Part shown: piece by piece, positions 19,288 to 29,212 of the stretch | How positions within the stretch are numbered: the stretch's first letter is position 1 | How the letters are laid out: every line of letters begins with the position of its first letter | Sequence record: SRR2962707_4349 | Reading direction: 5' to 3' (one strand) | Length of the DNA stretch: 46,127 bases | Translations under genes and position numbers: made by a program | The notes under the pieces: generated by a model | The model's database searches: none | Told to the model about the DNA's origin: nothing | Seen by the model: the letters and a program-made list of their open reading frames with translations, nothing else

Positions 19288-20190
19288 ATGCGCTTTAAAC
19301 TGATCCATATCTCAGACATTCATTTTGGCCCCCTGCCGAAGATCCGCAAACGCGAGCTCATTGGCAAACGCATCACCGGCTTTATCAATTGGCGTAAAAA
19401 CCGTTCGCATTTCATGGGTGACGAGGTTTTGCGCAGCCTCACGCAGGCAGTGCAAGATGAGAATGCAGACCACATTGCCATTACAGGCGATCTGATTAAT
19501 TTGGGCCTCAGCATCGAAATTGAAAATGCGGCCGACTGGATGGAGAACAGCTTTGATCCAAAAACGACAAGCGTGGTGCCAGGAAACCACGATGCCTATG
19601 TTGTCGGCAGCCTTGGCAAAGCGCTTGCGCGCTGGAAAGCCTATGTCGTCGGCGACAAAGCCGTGCACAAAAAAGGCAGTCACTTTCCCTATCTGCGCAT
19701 CCAAAATGGAGTCGCGATTATTGGCCTATCAAGCGCTATTGCGACGCCGCCTTTCGTAGCCGCTGGCCGTTTTGATAAACGCCAAGCCAAAAAGCTAGCC
19801 GAAATTTTGCGCGAAACCGGTAGGCAGGAACTGTTTCGGGTTGTCCTCATTCATCATCCACCGGTGCGCGGCGCAGCAAGGCCGCTCAAGCGGCTTTTCG
19901 GCATTGGAAGGTTTCAAAAGACCATCCGCAAAAATGGTGCAGAACTCGTTCTTCATGGTCACACACATTTGCCGCAACGCCATACGATAAAGGGGTTAGA
20001 TGGCGCGATGGTTCCCGTCATTGGCGTGCCATCAGCAAGTCAATCACCCGGCGCAAAGCGCCCGCCTTCGGCCTATAACCTTTTTGAAATTGAAAAGCAT
20101 TCGGGCAAATGGTCTTGCCGTTTGACTGAACACGCCCTGTCCGAAGAAAAGGACGCGTTCAAGGCGACCAGAAGCACCAAATTATTATAA
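19288..20190 (+). CDS. Calcineurin-like metallophosphoesterase
   Basis: HISDIH, TGDL, PGNHD, HHPP, HGHTH motifs. Confidence 0.92.
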   Translation: MRFKLIHISDIHFGPLPKIRKRELIGKRITGFINWRKNRSHFMGDEVLRSLTQAVQDENADHIAITGDLINLGLSIEIENAADWMENSFDPKTTSVVPGNHDAYVVGSLGKALARWKAYVVGDKAVHKKGSHFPYLRIQNGVAIIGLSSAIATPPFVAAGRFDKRQAKKLAEILRETGRQELFRVVLIHHPPVRGAARPLKRLFGIGRFQKTIRKNGAELVLHGHTHLPQRHTIKGLDGAMVPVIGVPSASQSPGAKRPPSAYNLFEIEKHSGKWSCRLTEHALSEEKDAFKATRSTKLL

Positions 20191-20201
20191 GCAGCAACGG
20201 C

Positions 20202-20843
20202 CTATTGGCCGAGCATTGTTAAAAAATCAGCGCGGTAGAAATAAAATAGAATACCGGCGCAGATTACCAATCCCGCCACTACCCAGCGAACGCTGCGAGC
20301 GCTTTTCTGCGACTGCTGCAATAGTTGCCCGGCCTCATATGCTTGGATCTCAGCTTCTGATGGTTCGTCGTCTTCAACCACCTGATTAACGCGCTGCGCG
20401 ATGCCAGGACGATAAGAAACATCATCGCCCGCAAAGGCCATTTCACGTTCATGAATGCGTTCAGCAATATATTTTGTCACGCTATCAACGATGGGTGCCG
20501 TTTGATTGCTTTCAGCCAAAACGATGCGGCCAAGACGCGTATCACGCACAAAACGATATTGGCGGCGATCTTTGCCCATAATGACATGCGCGGTAGCATC
20601 AATCCAAAGGCGCGGCTGCAAGCCTGATGAGAGTGCAAAATCAAAACGCTCATCGTCGAGCGGCACGGCTGAAAATATCGGGTCCAATTCTTGGGCCAAA
20701 ATCTCAAGGCGCGCACGATCAGCCTCTTTCATCTCCACAACAACATCGGTGCGTTCAGCCTCAGCGATTTTAATTTCGCGCACTGCGTCCACGAGACGAT
20801 TGCGGTTTTCAGCGTCTTTCTTGTCTATGTGATCTATGGCCAT
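20202..20843 (-). CDS. Hypothetical protein with C-terminal membrane anchor
   Basis: SD GGAG; PRLWIDATAHV motif; hydrophobic tail WVVAGLVICAGILFYFY. Confidence 0.82.
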   Translation of the reverse strand: MAIDHIDKKDAENRNRLVDAVREIKIAEAERTDVVVEMKEADRARLEILAQELDPIFSAVPLDDERFDFALSSGLQPRLWIDATAHVIMGKDRRQYRFVRDTRLGRIVLAESNQTAPIVDSVTKYIAERIHEREMAFAGDDVSYRPGIAQRVNQVVEDDEPSEAEIQAYEAGQLLQQSQKSARSVRWVVAGLVICAGILFYFYRADFLTMLGQ

Positions 20844-21009
20844 GAGAAAGCTCCAGCTGCATGTTTATGTTTTGTTTACCACATAGGACCAGCAATTGCA
20901 GCCATTCAAGCAAAATTGCCGTTTATAAACATGCTTAGGTCCGCACTGTGGTAAAAACACAAGAGCGGACCCAATTTTTGTATCAAAATGAAACAGATAA
21001 GGCGGATGC

Positions 21010-22716
21010 TTACTTCATAGCCATCGCGCGGTTTAAGCCAGCGACAATCGCTTCGAGTGAAGCAGACACAATATTATTGTTAATCGCTGCACCAAATACG
21101 CGTTTTCCATCCACATCCAGCTCCATATAGCAGATCGCGGCGGCGTTAGAGCCATGCTGCATCGAATGCTCGGAGTAGTCGACAACAGAAATCGCCATGC
21201 CATATTCTTTAGAAAGCGCAGCTACGAAACCATCGATTGGTCCGGTGCCGTGCCCTTCGATTTTCTTGGTCACATTGCCATCAAGAATGTCGGCGCGGAC
21301 TTTACGCATTTTGGTTTCACCGCTCTCAAGCTTGGTGGAATGACCTATAAATTGCAGACGCGGGCTTTCAAGATTGACATAAGAAGCCATGAACTCATCA
21401 TAAATACGCTTAGATGAAAGCTCTACGCCTTCCTTATCGGTGATTTCCTGAATGATTTGGCGGAACTCAATCTGCAGATTGCGCGGAATATTCAAGCCAT
21501 AATCGGCCTGAAGAATATAGGCCAATCCGCCCTTACCAGACTGCGAGTTGATACGAATAATCGCCTCGTAGTTGCGGCCAACATCTCGCGGATCAATCGG
21601 CAAATAAGGTACTTCCCACAAAGAACCATCGGTTTCTTTGATAGACTTCATGCCTTTGTTGATCGCGTCCTGGTGCGAACCAGAAAATGCCGTATAGACC
21701 AATTCACCCACATAAGGGTGGCGCTCTGGAATCGCTAATTGATTACAATGCTCATAAACATCGCGGATTTTATTGATATCAGACACATCAAGCTCAGGAT
21801 CAACGCCTTGCGTCATCATGTTAAGCGCTAAGGTCACAAGATCGACGTTGCCCGTGCGCTCGCCATTACCAAACAATGTGCCTTCTACACGGTCAGCGCC
21901 AGCCAAAAGGCCAAGCTCTGTCGCAGCAATTGCGGTACCACGGTCATTGTGCGGATGAAGCGAAATGATCAAACTTTCGCGGTTATCAAGATTGCGGCAA
22001 ATCCATTCGATTTGATCGGCATGAATATTGGGCGTCGACATTTCAACGGTCGCAGGCAAGTTGAAAATAAGCTTGTTTTCTGGGGATGGCTGAATGATTT
22101 CTGCCACCGCATTACAAATCTCAAGCGCGACTTCCATTTCCGTGCCAGTAAAACTTTCCGGCGAATATTCAAAGCGATAGCCACCGCCTGCTTTCGCAGC
22201 CATGTCAGAAATCATTTTCGCCGCATCGGTCGCGATCTGTTTAATGCCCTTAACATCTTTGTTAAACACCACGCGGCGCTGCAATTCAGATGTCGAATTA
22301 TAAAAATGGACAATCGGATTGTGTGAACCTTTAAGCGATTCAAATGTGCGGGTGATCAATTCTTCACGGCACTGCACCAAGACTTGAAGTGACACATCCT
22401 TGGGCACATTGCCCTCTTCAACGCACCAACGCGCAAAATCAAAATCGGTTTGCGATGCGGACGGGAAACCAATCTCGATTTCTTTAAAGCCCATTTGCAA
22501 AAGCAATGCGAACATGCGGGTTTTGCGTTCATGGCCCATAGGCTCCACAAGCGCCTGATTGCCATCGCGCAAATCAACTGAACACCAAATCGGTGCTTTT
22601 TCGATTGTTTTTGACGGCCATGTGCGGTCGCTCATGTCCATTGTTGGGTATGGTCGGTATTTCGATGCCGCTGCGGCCATCGATTTCATGCCAGTTACAG
22701 AATTTGTCGTGCTCAT
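21010..22716 (-). CDS. leuA: 2-isopropylmalate synthase (yeast-type)
   Basis: WCSVDLRDGNQAL, SLHPHNDRG, GNGERTGN, AFSGSHQDAI, IRINSQSGKGG; SD GAGGA. Confidence 0.96.
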   Translation of the reverse strand: MSTTNSVTGMKSMAAAASKYRPYPTMDMSDRTWPSKTIEKAPIWCSVDLRDGNQALVEPMGHERKTRMFALLLQMGFKEIEIGFPSASQTDFDFARWCVEEGNVPKDVSLQVLVQCREELITRTFESLKGSHNPIVHFYNSTSELQRRVVFNKDVKGIKQIATDAAKMISDMAAKAGGGYRFEYSPESFTGTEMEVALEICNAVAEIIQPSPENKLIFNLPATVEMSTPNIHADQIEWICRNLDNRESLIISLHPHNDRGTAIAATELGLLAGADRVEGTLFGNGERTGNVDLVTLALNMMTQGVDPELDVSDINKIRDVYEHCNQLAIPERHPYVGELVYTAFSGSHQDAINKGMKSIKETDGSLWEVPYLPIDPRDVGRNYEAIIRINSQSGKGGLAYILQADYGLNIPRNLQIEFRQIIQEITDKEGVELSSKRIYDEFMASYVNLESPRLQFIGHSTKLESGETKMRKVRADILDGNVTKKIEGHGTGPIDGFVAALSKEYGMAISVVDYSEHSMQHGSNAAAICYMELDVDGKRVFGAAINNNIVSASLEAIVAGLNRAMAMK

Positions 22717-22837
22717 AATATCCTCGTACAGCGCTTATCATGCGCTTTGCAGTGGGCTTAACGCCTTGCTCAATTTATTTCAATGGTTTGGGAAGGGGCT
22801 GGCTGAAAAGGCCGTACATACGACCACCCGACGCCCC

Positions 22838-22900
22838 TTATTTACGGGTCGAGCGATCGCTTCTAAGCAGCAGTAGAGCAGCGCGACGAGAATTCATCAT
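22838..22900 (-). CDS. leuL: Leucine attenuator leader peptide MMNSRRAALLLLRSDRSTRK
   Basis: Four consecutive Leu codons (CTA CTG CTG CTT) directly upstream of leuA, followed by a GGGGC...GCCCC stem. Confidence 0.82.
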   Translation of the reverse strand: MMNSRRAALLLLRSDRSTRK

Positions 22901-22989
22901 CGCTTTGTACGAGGCCAAAGCAGATGCTGATAAAAGGCATAACAATGTTACTGTTAATGCGGTCATGGATTGAGGCTATGAGATAAAAT

Positions 22990-23601
22990 TCATTTCTGCA
23001 ACCCAGAAAATCCAAACAAGACCGGATATAATGAAGCAATCAATAAAATCGCCATCGTCCAGTTGAATATACGCAGGCGGTTTTCATTGGTTAAAACACG
23101 GCGCATTTCTCGGCCAAGAATGGTCCACATACTGACGGACGGTAAATTGACCAATCCAAAAACAACCGCAACAAAGATCGCTCCGGCCACACTATGCGAC
23201 GGCGAATAGACCGTTACCGCGGTCAAAGCCATCGCCCACGCTTTGGGATTTACCCATTGAAATGCAGCCGCTTGCAAGAAGGTGAAAGGTTTGCCACCGA
23301 CTTCCCCTTCTTTGGGTGCAGATGAATTGGCAATTTTCCAAGCCAAATAGAGCATGTAAACAACGCTCACAACCTTCAGCACCGTATGAAGCTGCGGCAC
23401 AGTATCAAACAACTCACCAAGGCCGAGGCCGACCAAAAAGACCATCAGTGTAAAGCCAAGTCCAATACCAAGCATATGCGGAATTGTACGCTGAAACCCG
23501 AAATTTGCGCCCGATGCCATCAGCATAAGGTTGTTCGGGCCCGGTGTGATCGAGCTAACAAAGGCAAAAAGCACAAGGCCATAGATAAGTGTGTATGTCA
23601 T
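22990..23601 (-). CDS. LysE/RhtB family amino acid exporter
   Basis: TPGPNN, YLAWKIA, FQWVNPKAW motifs, multiple TMs. Confidence 0.92.
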   Translation of the reverse strand: MTYTLIYGLVLFAFVSSITPGPNNLMLMASGANFGFQRTIPHMLGIGLGFTLMVFLVGLGLGELFDTVPQLHTVLKVVSVVYMLYLAWKIANSSAPKEGEVGGKPFTFLQAAAFQWVNPKAWAMALTAVTVYSPSHSVAGAIFVAVVFGLVNLPSVSMWTILGREMRRVLTNENRLRIFNWTMAILLIASLYPVLFGFSGLQK

Positions 23602-23673
23602 TGCGCAATATTATAGTTGAATTGGCGCAATGAAATTGCTTTCTTAGTCGCCATAATCCGATGTGAGCAACAA

Positions 23674-24126
23674 ATGACCACTAATGATAAGATAAATGAG
23701 AAAATATTGCGCGAACTGTCTAATGATGGTCGTATCAGCAATCTTGAGCTGGCCAACCGCGTGAACTTGTCACCCTCAGCCTGCCTGCGGCGTGTACAAG
23801 AGCTTGAACGCACAGGCGTCATTAGCGGTTATCGCGCCGTCATTAATCGCGCCAAGAGCGGCATCAACTTTGTTGCCTATATTACGGTTGGTTTGAGCGT
23901 TCACACGAAAAAAGCACAGGAAGATTTTGAAAAGGCAATTGGGCGCGCAGAGGCCGTGCGCGAATGCCATAACATTACCGGTGAGCGGGAATATTTATTG
24001 CGTGTGGAAGTGGAAGATCTTGCCGCTTACAAAATCTTCCATACCGAGATTTTAGGCACGCTGCCGCAGGTCAATGCCATCACCTCATTTGTGGTGATGG
24101 AATCGCCAAAGGACGAACGCGCTTAG
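23674..24126 (+). CDS. Lrp/AsnC family transcriptional regulator
   Basis: ILRELSNDGRISNLELA.RVNLSPSACLRRV HTH; divergent from LysE; start set to ATG 23674. Confidence 0.92.
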   Translation: MTTNDKINEKILRELSNDGRISNLELANRVNLSPSACLRRVQELERTGVISGYRAVINRAKSGINFVAYITVGLSVHTKKAQEDFEKAIGRAEAVRECHNITGEREYLLRVEVEDLAAYKIFHTEILGTLPQVNAITSFVVMESPKDERA

Positions 24127-24148
24127 CGCAGGAGCCTTAACTTATTGG

Positions 24149-26317
24149 CTATTTCACCAAATGCGCGACGACATTTTCAATCATCCGCATACCGGCATTT
24201 TTGCCAAGGCTCATAATGCTTTCAGGGTGAAATTGCACAGCCGCAATCGGTTCGCTGCGATGTTCAATGCCCATCACAACGCCATCATCTGTTTCAGCCG
24301 TCACAATAAATTCTGCAGGCAATTGAACTGGATCGGCAAAGATCGAATGGTAACGACCAACGGTAATTTCGCGATCAAGACCCGAAAACACAATGCCCGG
24401 CTCCTCAACACGGATGCGCGAAGGCTTGCCGTGCATCGGATAATTAAGCTGCCGCAATGTGCCGCCATAGGCTTCTGTTAGCGCTTGAAGACCAAGACAG
24501 ACGCCAAAGATTGGCAAATCCAGCGCCCGCGCCTGCTTAATCGTTGCCTTACAATCAAAGTCTGAAGGCTTGCCAGGCCCCGGAGAAAGCACCACTAAAT
24601 CCGGCTTATAATCCGCATAAACATCAGCGGTCACCGGCGTGCGCACAGTGCGCACATCAGCGCCCGTCTGGCGGAAATAATTCGCCAATGTGTGCACGAA
24701 GCTATCCTCATGATCGACAAGCAAGATGCGCTTACCAACGCCAACTTTTGCCGTCGCAATCTCGCTTTTCGGCGCATTAGATTTCGCGCTATCGCGAATA
24801 GCGGCAAGCAGTGCTGAGGCTTTGAGTTCTGTTTCTGCTTCTTCAGCCGCAGGATCAGAATCAAACAGCAATGTTGCCCCTGCCCGCACCGCAGCAATGC
24901 CTTCACGAATTTGGATCGTGCGCAGCGTGAGGCCAGTGTTCATGTCGCCGTTAAATTTCACCATGCCAATCGCGCCGCCATACCAAGCGCGCGGGCTTTT
25001 TTCGTGATTTTCAATAAAGCGCATGGCCCATAGCTTCGGTGCGCCCGTTACCGTCACCGCCCATGCGTGAGACAAGAACCCGTCAAACGCATCCATATCG
25101 GCGCGAAGGCGGCCTTCCACATGGTCAACCGTATGAATGAGGCGCGAATACATCTCAATCTGGCGGCGCCCAATAACACGCACTGTGCCTGGCTCACAGA
25201 CACGGCTTTTATCGTTGCGGTCCACATCGGAGCACATCGTCAGCTCTGATTCATCTTTTGCTGAATTGAGCAATTTCAATATCTGTTCAGAATCCGCAAT
25301 TGCATCTGCGCCGCGCTCAATCGTGCCAGAGATCGGGCAAGTTTCAATGCGCTTGCCGGTCACACGCACAAACATTTCAGGCGATGCACCGATCAAAAAT
25401 TCATTATTGCCCAAATTCATATAGAAAGAATAAGGCGCCGGATTAGTCAGCTTTAAGCGCCGCGCAATCGCGGAGGGCTTTGTCTTCACCTGCTCATAAA
25501 ACATCTGTCCGGGTACGACTTCGAACAGATCCCCGCGCACAAAACTTTCTTTAGCCTCGACAACGAGCTTGGCATATTCACCCGGCTTATGATCGCCTTT
25601 AGGCGGCACAACATCTGTGGGCTTGAAAGGATCAAGCACAGGCGTTGCATCTTTGCCTTTTGTCGTTTCGCCATCGGCAGAAAATTCATAGGCATCAATC
25701 CATGCTTTGCCCGCATGATTATCGACGACCAAAATACGATCCGGCAAAAACAGAACAAGGTCGCGCTGCTTTTCATCGCGCTCCAGTTTTTCCTCAATAG
25801 GGTCAAATTGAAACGCTATGTCATAGCCAAATGAACCGAAGAAACCCAAACTATCGTCTTGCGACGAGTGGAAATGGTCTACAATTTTGCGGACAACAGA
25901 AAAGACCGATGGCGAGCGCGAGCGCATTTCTTCAGACACAACACGTGCTGGCTTAGCAACCACAATCGCAAGACCATCTTCAACGCGTTCCATTGACTCA
26001 ATATGAGGTTCATCGCTGAGCGCCTTTTCGATCATATTGACCAGCACAGTGCCGCGCTCATTCATTGCTTTAATGTGCATCTGGCGCTTGCGCGCACTGA
26101 TCATAACCGGCGGGTCCACAATCGCTGTATCCCAGCGTGTATAACGGCCCGGATATTCATAATTTGACGACAAAACCGCGCCAACGCGTTCGTCGAGCGC
26201 GTCAAGATAATGATCAATTGCTGTTGCGTAGTCAGCGCCTTCACGCAGCCGTTCAATCGTAACGCCGCCCTTGGTCACAAAGGTTTCTGATTGTTGATGT
26301 TGCCCGTCATTAGTCAT
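24149..26317 (-). CDS. trpE: Fused anthranilate synthase TrpE(G)
   Basis: [30 protein letters not shown]-terminal GATase (DHEDSF, GVCLG, QFHPES). Confidence 0.96.
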   Translation of the reverse strand: MTNDGQHQQSETFVTKGGVTIERLREGADYATAIDHYLDALDERVGAVLSSNYEYPGRYTRWDTAIVDPPVMISARKRQMHIKAMNERGTVLVNMIEKALSDEPHIESMERVEDGLAIVVAKPARVVSEEMRSRSPSVFSVVRKIVDHFHSSQDDSLGFFGSFGYDIAFQFDPIEEKLERDEKQRDLVLFLPDRILVVDNHAGKAWIDAYEFSADGETTKGKDATPVLDPFKPTDVVPPKGDHKPGEYAKLVVEAKESFVRGDLFEVVPGQMFYEQVKTKPSAIARRLKLTNPAPYSFYMNLGNNEFLIGASPEMFVRVTGKRIETCPISGTIERGADAIADSEQILKLLNSAKDESELTMCSDVDRNDKSRVCEPGTVRVIGRRQIEMYSRLIHTVDHVEGRLRADMDAFDGFLSHAWAVTVTGAPKLWAMRFIENHEKSPRAWYGGAIGMVKFNGDMNTGLTLRTIQIREGIAAVRAGATLLFDSDPAAEEAETELKASALLAAIRDSAKSNAPKSEIATAKVGVGKRILLVDHEDSFVHTLANYFRQTGADVRTVRTPVTADVYADYKPDLVVLSPGPGKPSDFDCKATIKQARALDLPIFGVCLGLQALTEAYGGTLRQLNYPMHGKPSRIRVEEPGIVFSGLDREITVGRYHSIFADPVQLPAEFIVTAETDDGVVMGIEHRSEPIAAVQFHPESIMSLGKNAGMRMIENVVAHLVK

Positions 26318-26374
26318 TTTCAATCTACCAAATAGCCCCTAAGGGCGTTGAAAGAACCTTCAATGAGCGGACAT

Positions 26375-26403
26375 AAAAAAACCGCCCAGATCGAAGGCGG
26401 TTT
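26375..26403 (-). terminator. trp attenuator terminator
   Basis: Minus strand AAACCGCC-ttcgatctg-GGCGGTTTTTTT; upstream AGGCGG (26430-26435) can pair with CCGCCT as antiterminator. Confidence 0.85.
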
Positions 26404-26433
26404 GTACATATCTCAAAACAAGTTCAAGCCCGC

Positions 26434-26484
26434 CTATGAAAGCGCGCGCCACCAACCTGTTGTCATGTTCATTGTTGTGTTCAT
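26434..26484 (-). CDS. trpL: Tryptophan attenuator leader peptide MNTTMNMTTGWWRALS
   Basis: Tandem TGG TGG upstream of the terminator and trpE(G). Confidence 0.88.
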   Translation of the reverse strand: MNTTMNMTTGWWRALS

Positions 26485-26490
26485 AGAAGA

Positions 26491-26519
26491 CTCATAACCT
26501 TGCTTACACGATAGCGCAA
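26491..26519 (-). promoter_or_regulatory. Putative sigma70 promoter for leaderless trpL
   Basis: TTGCGC-N17-TATGAG, then 6 nt to the trpL ATG. Confidence 0.5.
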
Positions 26520-26539
26520 CGAATTTTATTGATTGATAT

Positions 26540-26660
26540 GGGAGACTGTACCGGGCGGAGTGGTTCAGCCTCCCTTTCCACCCAAAGGGCGGATTATCAG
26601 CCTGGAGTAAGCAGGAAATCCAGACCAATTCATAAAGGGAAAAATAACGAAGCACCCTTA
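26540..26660 (-). ncRNA. Candidate structured RNA of four tandem hairpins (family not recognised)
   Basis: Stems at 26540-26574, 26572-26589, 26598-26627 and 26633-26660; G-U pairs extend stems on the minus strand. Confidence 0.3.
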
Positions 26661-26746
26661 CAAGTTGCATCCAGTTAATACTCTCGAAAACAGATGTAAA
26701 GTGATATTTATTATTAATATTGCCTGTATTTAATAAATATATGAAC

Positions 26747-26777
26747 AAGGCGCACCTGTTTTTAATAGACGCGCCTT
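26747..26777 (-). terminator. Hairpin terminator after the five-gene operon
   Basis: AAGGCGC...GCGCCTT inverted repeat with extended inner pairing, 22 nt after the stop of the 369-aa gene. Confidence 0.6.
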
Positions 26778-26799
26778 ATATTAAAAAACCAATTATAGC

Positions 26800-27909
26800 T
26801 TAACGATCAAGAATATCGCGCATTTCCGTAATATTGGCGCGAACTCGAAGCAAGTAGAAGCCCATCGTTGCCAAGTGCGAAGGCATAAGGAACGATGATT
26901 CACCACCATTGGAAATAATCCACGGGCGCATGTTCAGAGCATTGCGCAACTGAACGGTCATTTCATCCCAAGTTTTCGTCACATTACGCTCAAGAACGAC
27001 ATCTCTAAAGTCACTGCGGGCAGCTTCCATAATGCCGTTAAGCGCATAAAGCTGGCCGTAAGTGAACCAGAAGCGATCATCGGCGCGGAAATCGAACCAA
27101 CCGGCGTTGCTTGCATTAATACGGTCATTCAAAATATCTGATGTAGAGCCAATTGCGTTAGACATCTGATCGAGAAAGCGCAGCAAATTATCCGCGCGTG
27201 GGTCGAACGTCGCTTTGCAGTTGCCCAGACGATCATTAAATGCATTCAGCGCTTTAACCGCAGAACGATAAGAGGTTGGTGTCGGTGATTTTGGACCGAA
27301 CGGATCAAGCGAGAAATACCAGAAATCTTCGTTATAATAAATGCTCTGGCGCGCATCCTGCAAATCCTGATCGATCTGTGATGTGCCGCGTAGGCGCCCT
27401 AGCCGGTCAACACTTTCCTGCGCAACACGGCGATTAATCTCGTTAATACCAAGCTCGAATGCCGCCTTATTATCAAGGAACGGCGTGTTCTTCCAAGGAA
27501 TGCCGAACAAGCCCATTTTATAAGCCAGCGTTGCCGGTATCCAGTTATTTACATTGACTGTGTAGTTGGTCAAATCCGCTGCAGTATGGATGATGGCAGA
27601 CTGACCACACGTGCCAGGCTTGGCAGGATCTGGTGAACCAGGTGGCACCGCATAAACACTAAAATCATATTTTGCTGCATAGTCCGGATCAAAATCATTC
27701 CAGCGCACCGCATTATAAATAAAATAGCCGTAGAACGCGATCAGCGCCAAAAGGAATATACCGATTGGCCCTTTCAGCAGCCAACTACGCTCTTTGTACC
27801 AACGGCCAAAAGCAAGGAATGGCCACATTATCGCAGCGATAACAGTCCCGATGCCGCGTCCGATCCACTCGAACACACTCACGAAAAACGCGATAATTGG
27901 GTCTAACAT
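26800..27909 (-). CDS. DUF2333-like membrane-anchored periplasmic protein
   Basis: Amphipathic N-terminus then TM (PIGIFLLALIAFYGYFIY); FLDNKAAFELG, RLRGTSQIDQDL, ADDRFW, PSHLATMGFYLLR resemble DUF2333. Confidence 0.75.
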   Translation of the reverse strand: MLDPIIAFFVSVFEWIGRGIGTVIAAIMWPFLAFGRWYKERSWLLKGPIGIFLLALIAFYGYFIYNAVRWNDFDPDYAAKYDFSVYAVPPGSPDPAKPGTCGQSAIIHTAADLTNYTVNVNNWIPATLAYKMGLFGIPWKNTPFLDNKAAFELGINEINRRVAQESVDRLGRLRGTSQIDQDLQDARQSIYYNEDFWYFSLDPFGPKSPTPTSYRSAVKALNAFNDRLGNCKATFDPRADNLLRFLDQMSNAIGSTSDILNDRINASNAGWFDFRADDRFWFTYGQLYALNGIMEAARSDFRDVVLERNVTKTWDEMTVQLRNALNMRPWIISNGGESSFLMPSHLATMGFYLLRVRANITEMRDILDR

Positions 27910-27919
27910 TTAATCCCTT

Positions 27920-29212
27920 TCAGCCGGTTGACGACAAGCCATAGAGCCGGTCACGCAATGCTTGCTTATCTTTCAGATAGGTGTCTTTCAATGTTTCTAC
28001 AACATAATGACGAAACGCGTCAGAGTAACCTTCATAATCATCATAGAACGCTTGTTTGTTAAACACATAACGCGAAACAAAGTCCGGTGCATTATATTCA
28101 CAGATCAGGCGATTTGTGAGCCAGGCATCGGGATGATCGGGCTTTGCACGTACCAATAAGAAGCGATATTCTTCCGGCACTTCATTAATATCAATCCGGC
28201 CATAGCGCGCCATTTCGCGCTTTATTTGATTGATAAAGGGGTAGCGGCCATCATCGGCCACAATAGAAGCATTTTGGTGCAGCCATGTTTGCAGCCAAAC
28301 CGGATCCATGAGGTTCAATTCAGCGTCGGGCTGCTGTTTATAAATCAGAGAACCCAAAATCATTTTGGCGCGGTGATCTAAAAATCCAGATTCAATCATC
28401 CAGTCAGCGCGCGGCAAATCTATGCGCTTGGTTTCGGCCAAAAAGCGAAACACGCGGTCATGATCATCAACCGGCAAATAGCTGACCTGCCAAGGCCGCG
28501 AACGCCGGTAGCCCGGCGCATTTGGATCGCTAATAACGGTCGTCATTTTATCGTCGATGAAAATATACGTGCCATCAAAATGGGTCGTCCAAAAAGCCTT
28601 ATGGCGAAACACAACTTGGTCCGGCACCATCTGATTTTCGCGAATATCGCCGACTTTTTTCGACAGTGTCACCATGCGCTCCAGCAGCACATCATCGCGC
28701 CAAGCATCCGGTTCATTCTTGAGCCGATCAACCAGCGTGCGCAATTCATTGGCTTGGCCGATCACATCATCGGCAGACAGGACCCGAAATTCGACCTGCT
28801 GGATAGACAGTAAATCTTCGATATCATTGACCTTAGAAACATTTTCCTCGATCTCGCCAAAGATCACATCTTTGATCGTTAGCGCATTAATCACCCGCAT
28901 ATTGGCGGTGAAAAAATCATACATCAGTTCACTGGTGTTCGAAAACTGCGTATGCACCACCGGCAGCGACACCTGTGCCGGCGTTAAAACAATAAAGCGA
29001 CGATTAACGCCATTGGGATCAAGATATTCATAATTGCCAAGCTCTTCAGCCACTTGCGGTGAAAAGCCCGTCTTATCGATATCAAACTGGGTGAGCTTGG
29101 TTTGACCAACGCCAAAGGCTTTCAGCGCCTTATTATAGCGCTCAATCAAATGCGGCTGATCAACACTCAGCAACCGCCCATAGATAAGCTCATTTTCATA
29201 AAGGCGTTTCAT
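27920..29212 (-). CDS. Uncharacterised soluble protein (DUF6638-like)
   Basis: 430-aa ORF; ATG directly follows the ATPase stop (TAAATG); IDKTGFSPQVA..YLDPNGVNRRFI motif. Family label from recognition only. Confidence 0.8.
   Translation of the reverse strand: MKRLYENELIYGRLLSVDQPHLIERYNKALKAFGVGQTKLTQFDIDKTGFSPQVAEELGNYEYLDPNGVNRRFIVLTPAQVSLPVVHTQFSNTSELMYDFFTANMRVINALTIKDVIFGEIEENVSKVNDIEDLLSIQQVEFRVLSADDVIGQANELRTLVDRLKNEPDAWRDDVLLERMVTLSKKVGDIRENQMVPDQVVFRHKAFWTTHFDGTYIFIDDKMTTVISDPNAPGYRRSRPWQVSYLPVDDHDRVFRFLAETKRIDLPRADWMIESGFLDHRAKMILGSLIYKQQPDAELNLMDPVWLQTWLHQNASIVADDGRYPFINQIKREMARYGRIDINEVPEEYRFLLVRAKPDHPDAWLTNRLICEYNAPDFVSRYVFNKQAFYDDYEGYSDAFRHYVVETLKDTYLKDKQALRDRLYGLSSTG

Noticed and set aside
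26550-26570. GGCGGAGTGGTTCAGCC resembling a tRNA D-arm
   Set aside because: No T-arm (GTTCGAATC), anticodon arm or acceptor stem can be built.
26434-26748. 104-aa ORF upstream of trpE(G)
   Set aside because: Only the last 16 codons (TrpL) are credible; the rest crosses the predicted promoter and hairpin element and has no SD.
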